Source: Eledone cirrhosa
Lineage: Eukaryota
Direction: 5' to 3'
NCBI GenBank assembly: GCA_964016885.1
Contig: OZ024742.1
Span: 343,232,001-343,296,000 of the forward strand
DNA length: 64,000 nt
This document shows positions 58,594-64,000 of the stretch, one piece after another; within the stretch, counting starts at the first letter, position 1; each line of letters starts with the position of its first letter. The notes beneath the pieces were generated by a model that was not told the origin of the DNA, did no database searches, and worked only from the letters and a program-made list of their open reading frames with translations. A program made the translations under genes and the position numbers.

Positions 58594-60626
58594 TTTTGCA
58601 CATCACCACTGCATTACCGAGCGTATTCTTTGTAATATGTGTGTGGTACCTAGTATTGCTGTTTTTTGTGGTGTTGTTTCTATTGTATTGAAAGTATTCT
58701 TTGTAATATGTGTGTGGTACCTAGTATTGCTGTTTTTTGTGGTGTTGTTTCTATTGTATTGAAAGTATTCTTTGTAATATGTGTGTGGTACCTAGTATTG
58801 CTGTTTTTTGTGGTGTTGTTTCTATTGTATTGAAAGTATTCTTTGTAATATGTGTGTGGTACCTAGTATTGCTGTTTTTTGTGGTGTTGTTTCTATTGTA
58901 TTGAAAGTATTCTTTGTAATATGTGTGTGGTACCTAGAGTATTGCTGTTTTTTGTGGTGTTGTTTCTATTGTATTGAAAGTATTCTTTGTAATATGTGTG
59001 TGGTACCTAGAGTATTGCTGTTTTTTGTGGTGTTGTTTCTATTGTATTGAAAGTATTCTTTGTAATATGTGTGTGGTACCTAGTATTGCTGTTTTTTGTG
59101 GTGTTGTTTCTATTGTATTGAAAGTATTCTTTGTAATATGTGTGTGGTACCTAGTATTGCTGTTTTTTGTGGTGTTGTTTCTATTGTATTGAAAGTATTC
59201 TTTGTAATATGTGTGTGGTACCTAGAGTATTGCTGTTTTTTGTGGTGTTGTTTCTATTGTATTGAAAGTATTCTTTGTAATATGTGTGTGGTACCTAGTA
59301 TTGCTGTTTTTTGTGGTGTTGTTTCTATTGTATTGAAAGTATTCTTTGTAATATGTGTGTGGTACCTAGTATTGCTGTTTTTTGTGGTGTTGTTTCTATT
59401 GTATTGAAAGTATTCTTTGTAATATGTGTGTGGTACCTAGTATTGCTGTTTTTTGTGGTGTTGTTTCTGTTGTATTGAAAGTATTCTTTGTAATATGTGT
59501 GTGGTACCTAGAGTATTGCTATTTTTTGTGGTGTTGTTTCTATTGTATTGAAAGTATTCTTTGTAATATGTGTGTGGTACCTAGTATTGCTATTTTTTGT
59601 GGTGTTGTTTCTATTGTATTGAAAGTATTCTTTGTAATATGTGTGTGGTACCTAGTATTGCTATTTTTTGTGGTGTTGTTTCTATTGTATTGAAAGTATT
59701 CTTTGTAATATGTGTGTGGTACCTAGTATTGCTGTTTTTTGTGGTGTTGTTTCTATTGTATTGAAAGTATTCTTTGTAATATGTGTGTGGTACCTAGTAT
59801 TGCTATTTTTTGTGGTGTTGTTTCTATTGTATTGAAAGTATTCTTTGTAATATGTGTGTGGTACCTAGTATTGCTGTTTTTTGTGGTGTTGTTTCTATTG
59901 TATTGAAAGTATTCTTTGTAATATGTGTGTGGTACCTAGTATTGCTGTTTTTTGTGGTGTTGTTTCTATTGTATTGAAAGTATTCTTTGTAATATGTGTG
60001 TGGTACCTAGTATTGCTATTTTTTGTGGTGTTGTTTCTATTGTATTGAAAGTATTCTTTGTAATATGTGTGTGGTACCTAGAGTATTGCTATTTTTTGTG
60101 GTGTTGTTTCTATTGTATTGAAAGTATTCTTTGTAATATGTGTGTGGTACCTAGTATTGCTGTTTTTGTGGTGTTGTTTCTATTGTATTGAAAGTATTCT
60201 TTGTAATATGTGTGTGGTACCTAGTATTGCTGTTTTTTGTGGTGTTGTTTCTGTTGTATTGAAAGTATTCTTTGTAATATGTGTGTGGTACCTAGTATTG
60301 CTGTTTTTTGTGGTGTTGTTTCTATTGTATTGAAAGTATTCTTTGTAATATGTGTGTGGTACCTAGTATTGCTGTTTTTTGTGGTGTTGTTTCTATTGTA
60401 TTGAAAGTATTCTTTGTAATATGTGTGTGGTACCTAGTATTGCTGTTTTTTGTATGTTGCATATATTTGTAAGTCCTGGAGTTTTGGTTATATATCTGTT
60501 TGTGTGTGTTCAATCATTCCCAGAGAACCTATAATTATAGGGATGTTTCTGTTTTCATCATCCACATTCAGGTTATTTGTATCTCTAGATCTTTATATTG
60601 GAGAAGTTTCTCCATTTTCTTGGTAG
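58594..60626 (-). mobile_element. 3' fragment of an R4/Dong-like RLE retrotransposon in (TAA)n, containing the 71-bp satellite
   Basis: Minus 60626-60390: KMEKLLQYKDLEIQIT*MW.MKTET/PIIIGSLGMI../YITKTPGLTNICNIQKTAILGTTHILQRILSIQ*; (TTA)n-type runs on both flanks. Confidence 0.78.
58623..60452. repeat. 71-bp tandem repeat, 25 full copies plus 1 partial (some 73-bp variants)
   Basis: GTATTCTTTGTAATATGTGTGTGGTACCTAGTATTGCTGTTTTTTGTGGTGTTGTTTCTATTGTATTGAAA; variants with CCTAGAG or GCTATTT interspersed. Confidence 0.97.
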
Positions 60627-61382
60627 ATATATTATTATTATTAAGGGTGGTAGATTGGAAAAATTGATAGTATATTGGATAAAATGTCACTGCAGTATTT
60701 GCTCTGGCTCATTTACATTCTGAGTTCAAATCCTGGCAAGATTAACTTTGCCCTTCATTATTTTAAGGCCGATAAAATAAAGCATCAGTAACGCACTGGA
60801 AACAATTTAATCAACTTTCCCCTTCCCCAAAATAATTGGCCTTGTGCCTAAATCAGAAACCATTATTATTATTATTATTTAAAAAAAAAGAAACACAGCC
60901 CATTATGTTCTGGGTTCAAATACTGCCGAGGTTAGCTTTGCTTTTCATCTTTATGGGATCGATAAAATAAGTACCAGTAATACACTGGGGTCGATTTAAT
61001 TGACTTTCCCTTCTCCAAAATTGTTGGCCTTTTGCCTAAATCAGAAACCATTATTATTATTATTATTATTATATGTATGGATTAGGGATTGACACAAATC
61101 AGAGCATCAAACAAAATACCTTCCCTTATTTAATTATCGTCCTTTACGTTCTGATTTGAAATCTCACCAAGGTCATCTTTTCCTTTCACCCTTTCAAATC
61201 TCATAAAATAAAGTACCTGTCAAGTACTGCAGTTAATATAATTGTCTGCTCTTCTACCTATCTGAGATAATGCATGTGGATTAGAATGGTGGAAGATGGC
61301 AAAATTGGTAGGGATCTAAGGAATCATGCTATTTAGTTATGTCTCTTTCTGTTCTAGGTTCAAATTTCACCTAGGGCTGACA

Positions 61383-61435
61383 TTGCTCAAGTAAGTAGCA
61401 AAGCTGGCTCAAATATACAATAATGAGATAGTGTA

Positions 61436-61475
<40 letters not shown>

Positions 61476-62185
61476 AATGAATAATAACAGGTAGACATCA
61501 TAAAAAGGTAATTTATATATATATATTTAATATATATATATTTAAGTAGCTGAAGAAACAGTACAGGACCTACACATATATAAGAACTAGCTCAAATAAG
61601 CAGCAGAAGAAATAGTGCTGTATTTATATATATATATAAAATCTGGCTCAAATAAACAATAGATCTGGCTAAAATAAGCAGCAGAACTGGCTAAAGTAAG
61701 CAGCAAACAAAACTGTTGTGTTTATATATAAATGAGCAGGCTCAAACCAAAAGTAGATGTGGCTCAAGTAAGCTGCAAACAAAACTGCTGTATGTATATA
61801 TAAATGGACAGACTCAAGCCATAAGTATATATGGCTCAAGTAAACAGCAAATCTGACTAAAGCAAGTAATAGATCTGGCTCAAGTAAGCAGCAAAAGAAT
61901 CGGTGCTGTATTTATATATATAAAGTAGCTGGCTCAAGTAAACATCAGAAGAAACGGTGTAGGACATATATATGTATATAAAATACCTAGATGTATGTAG
62001 TAATAAGTTGACTCAATTTTCAATAGAATTGGTTTAAGTAAACACAGCTGACTCAAGTGTAGACAGTACAGGGTTTATATATTAAAATACTGGCTCAAGT
62101 GAACAGCAAAAGAGACAATGTAGTGTTTATATATGAAAGGACTAGTTCTACCAAATAGCAGAACTGGCACAATCAAGTAGCAAAA
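61383..62185. repeat. Old, irregular array of a TGGCTCAAGTAA(G/A)CAGCA motif alternating with short TA runs
   Basis: More than 12 degenerate occurrences of GGCTCAAGTAA/GGCTCAAATAA with variable spacing. Confidence 0.7.
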
Positions 62186-62480
62186 GAAAAAAAAAGGGGG
62201 GGGGGGGGGTCAGGACTTATATATACCATTTGGTGGCACCAGTGTTTTGCATTTTTGTATTTTTTTTTTTTTGCTCATATTTTTGGCTATTTTGTTCTTT
62301 TTTGATTATTTTCCTGATTTTGGCTACCTAGCTCTACATTCAGCACTGTATCTACACATGTTTTAAACTCCTGTTGTACAAGTAATGTAAGCATACATCT
62401 ACACATATATATAATTAAGAATGGTTTTCAGAATGGGATCGGAAAGAAGCCACAGTTAAATAAAGTATTCAGTACATATT

Positions 62481-62608
62481 TATTTCAAATAGAAATGACT
62501 TCTACAGGTCAAAAACTGTTTCATTCATTTGAAATCACCAGATGTTCCTGATGATTTCAAATGAATGTAACAGTTCTTGTCCTGTAGAAGTCATTTCTAT
62601 ATGAAATA
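62481..62608. ncRNA. Palindrome containing two inverted, mutated hammerhead motifs (family of 6311 and 33903)
   Basis: Right arm ttc CTGATGA tttcaaatgaat GTAA cag ttcttgtc ctg TA gaa; the left arm reverse complement is CTGGTGA tttcaaatgaat GAAA cag tttttgac ctg TA gaa. Confidence 0.65.
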
Positions 62609-63100
62609 TATGTGGAAGCAAGACATGGGTGCTGATTTTGGAGCAGCTGAGAAGGTTTGAATGAATGGAAATGAGAATGGTTCTGTGACTGAGCTGAATA
62701 TTGCTCAGGGAGAGGAAGACAAGCAATGAATTGCAGAGAATGGTGGGAAAAGAGCTAGTGGTTAATGTTATGAAGAGAAATGGAATGAGATGGCTGAGTC
62801 ATGTGTTCAGGAAAAATGAAAATAGCTGGTTGAGGAATAGAACCTGTTATGGATGTTGTGAAGAGAAATGGAATGTGATGGTTGGGTCATGTGTTGAGGA
62901 AGTATGAAATTGGCTGGGTGGTTGAGTGGAGTGATGGAAATGAATGTATCAGGAAGAAAAGGAAGAGAAAGACCAGAAAAAACATGGCTAAAGATGGAGC
63001 AGGAAATGAAAGCCTGGAGTTAGTGAGAAGTGATGTAGACAATAGGACAAAATGGAAAAGCTTGTCATAGGGCCTGCTAGGTTAATCCCTGTTTTAGCTG
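62605..63100 (+). mobile_element. Ancient RTE 3' fragment
   Basis: GSKTWVL..LRRFE*MEMRM..LRERKTSNELQRMVG..KRNGMRWLSHVFRK..RKRKRKTRK; multiple stops. Confidence 0.65.
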
Positions 63101-63360
63101 AGAAATGTTTGTGTATGTATATATATCTAATACATTAAAAATAAGACCAAATACTGTTAATTATATCATTTAATGCATGTTTCTTCCATATTACAGGATA
63201 TATAATTAATTATTAGTTAATTAATTATATAATCCAATAACTGGGTTCATCAGAATTAATAAAAAATATAAGAAACATTATTTCCTTTACAAATCATTTC
63301 CTATATGTGTTTACCTTACTGGTAAAATGTTTATATTTGAATATTCTAAATATGTGTGTG

Positions 63361-63442
<82 letters not shown>

Positions 63443-63504
63443 TATATATATAAATATAAATAAATTAATTAATGTACATATTTTTGTCTTTAAACCATTT
63501 CAAG

Positions 63505-63627
63505 ATTCTGACTTTGAACTCCTCAATCAGCAAAGCTTCTCAGATTTAGCATACCTTCAGCTCGCTGCAAGAACTGGATGTTTACTGAATTCATCTGACC
63601 AATGTGACCTCAAGTTCAGAAATTCAG
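63505..63627 (+). CDS. Host gene exon F (123 nt, phase 1-1): (D)SDFELLNQQSFSDLAYLQLAARTGCLLNSSDQCDLKFRNS
   Basis: Acceptor tttaaaccatttcaAG, donor CAG|GTGAGA; open, non-repeat, coding-like. Requires a phase 2-to-1 linker exon after exon E. Confidence 0.68.
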
Positions 63628-63804
63628 GTGAGATTGTTGTTATTATTATTATTATTATTATTTCAAATCCCGTCGAGGTTAGCTTTGTAACACACTAGGG
63701 TTGATTTAATTGACTTTCCCCTTCCCCCAAAATTGCTGGCCTTGTGCCTATAGTAGAAATCATTATTATTATTATCATCATTCTTAACACTTTTACTCTT
63801 GCAG

Positions 63805-63831
63805 ATATTATACCAATACTATTCCAAAAGA
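63805..63831 (+). CDS. Candidate 27-nt micro-exon (phase 1-1): (D)IIPILFQK
   Basis: Branch-like TTAAC, tract cttttactcttgcAG, donor A|GTGAGC; in frame with exon F. Confidence 0.35.
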
Positions 63832-63894
63832 GTGAGCCATAGCCAAAGGTCAAAGGTCCTTTGGGTTATTCCTTCTCCTTCACCCCCCCCCCCC

Positions 63895-64000
63895 TTAGAA
63901 TCCTTGCTGTTCCTCGCAAGGCTGTTTCCTGCAACAATTCCATCCTGTTGGTAATTCCTAGCTTCTGCCATGCATCTAACCTTTTACTAACTGTTCCCAG
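63895..64000 (-). mobile_element. C-terminal end of another R4/Dong-like element, running off the window
   Basis: Minus: LGTVSKRLDAWQKLGITNRMELLQETALRGTARILR (QK.A.LGTA.ILR motif). Confidence 0.7.

Overview
Repeat-saturated, AT-rich animal genomic DNA with no prokaryotic features. The (TA)n/(CA)n density and the SINE/LINE families suggest a cephalopod (octopus-like) genome; this is inference. The window appears to be mostly intronic sequence of one + strand host gene. Five phase-compatible GT-AG exons (19732-38604), a further exon at 63505-63627 and candidate micro-exons encode an acidic, low-complexity protein. It carries W-type (WTYL) and F-type (DFELL) LIR-like motifs and FIR-like motifs, reminiscent of the ER-phagy receptors CCPG1 and FAM134. 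The introns hold eight large copies of two RTE-clade LINE subfamilies. One copy (11965-15084, minus) has an intact 1039-aa APE-RT ORF, and the seven copies that retain the RT have a C4HC3 PHD finger inserted in it. The four copies that retain a 5' end start with tandem monomers that differ between copies. Also present are Penelope-like remnants (two GIY-YIG fragments and several hammerhead-ribozyme motifs, some in fold-back palindromes), CR1/L2-, R4/Dong- and CRE-like fragments, mariner MITEs, a non-autonomous Helitron and tRNA-derived SINEs. Two homogeneous satellites (61 bp x16; 71 bp x~25.6) were each amplified from the last codons of a LINE ORF. Family names come from motif recognition, not database searches, and coordinates of degenerate repeats are approximate.
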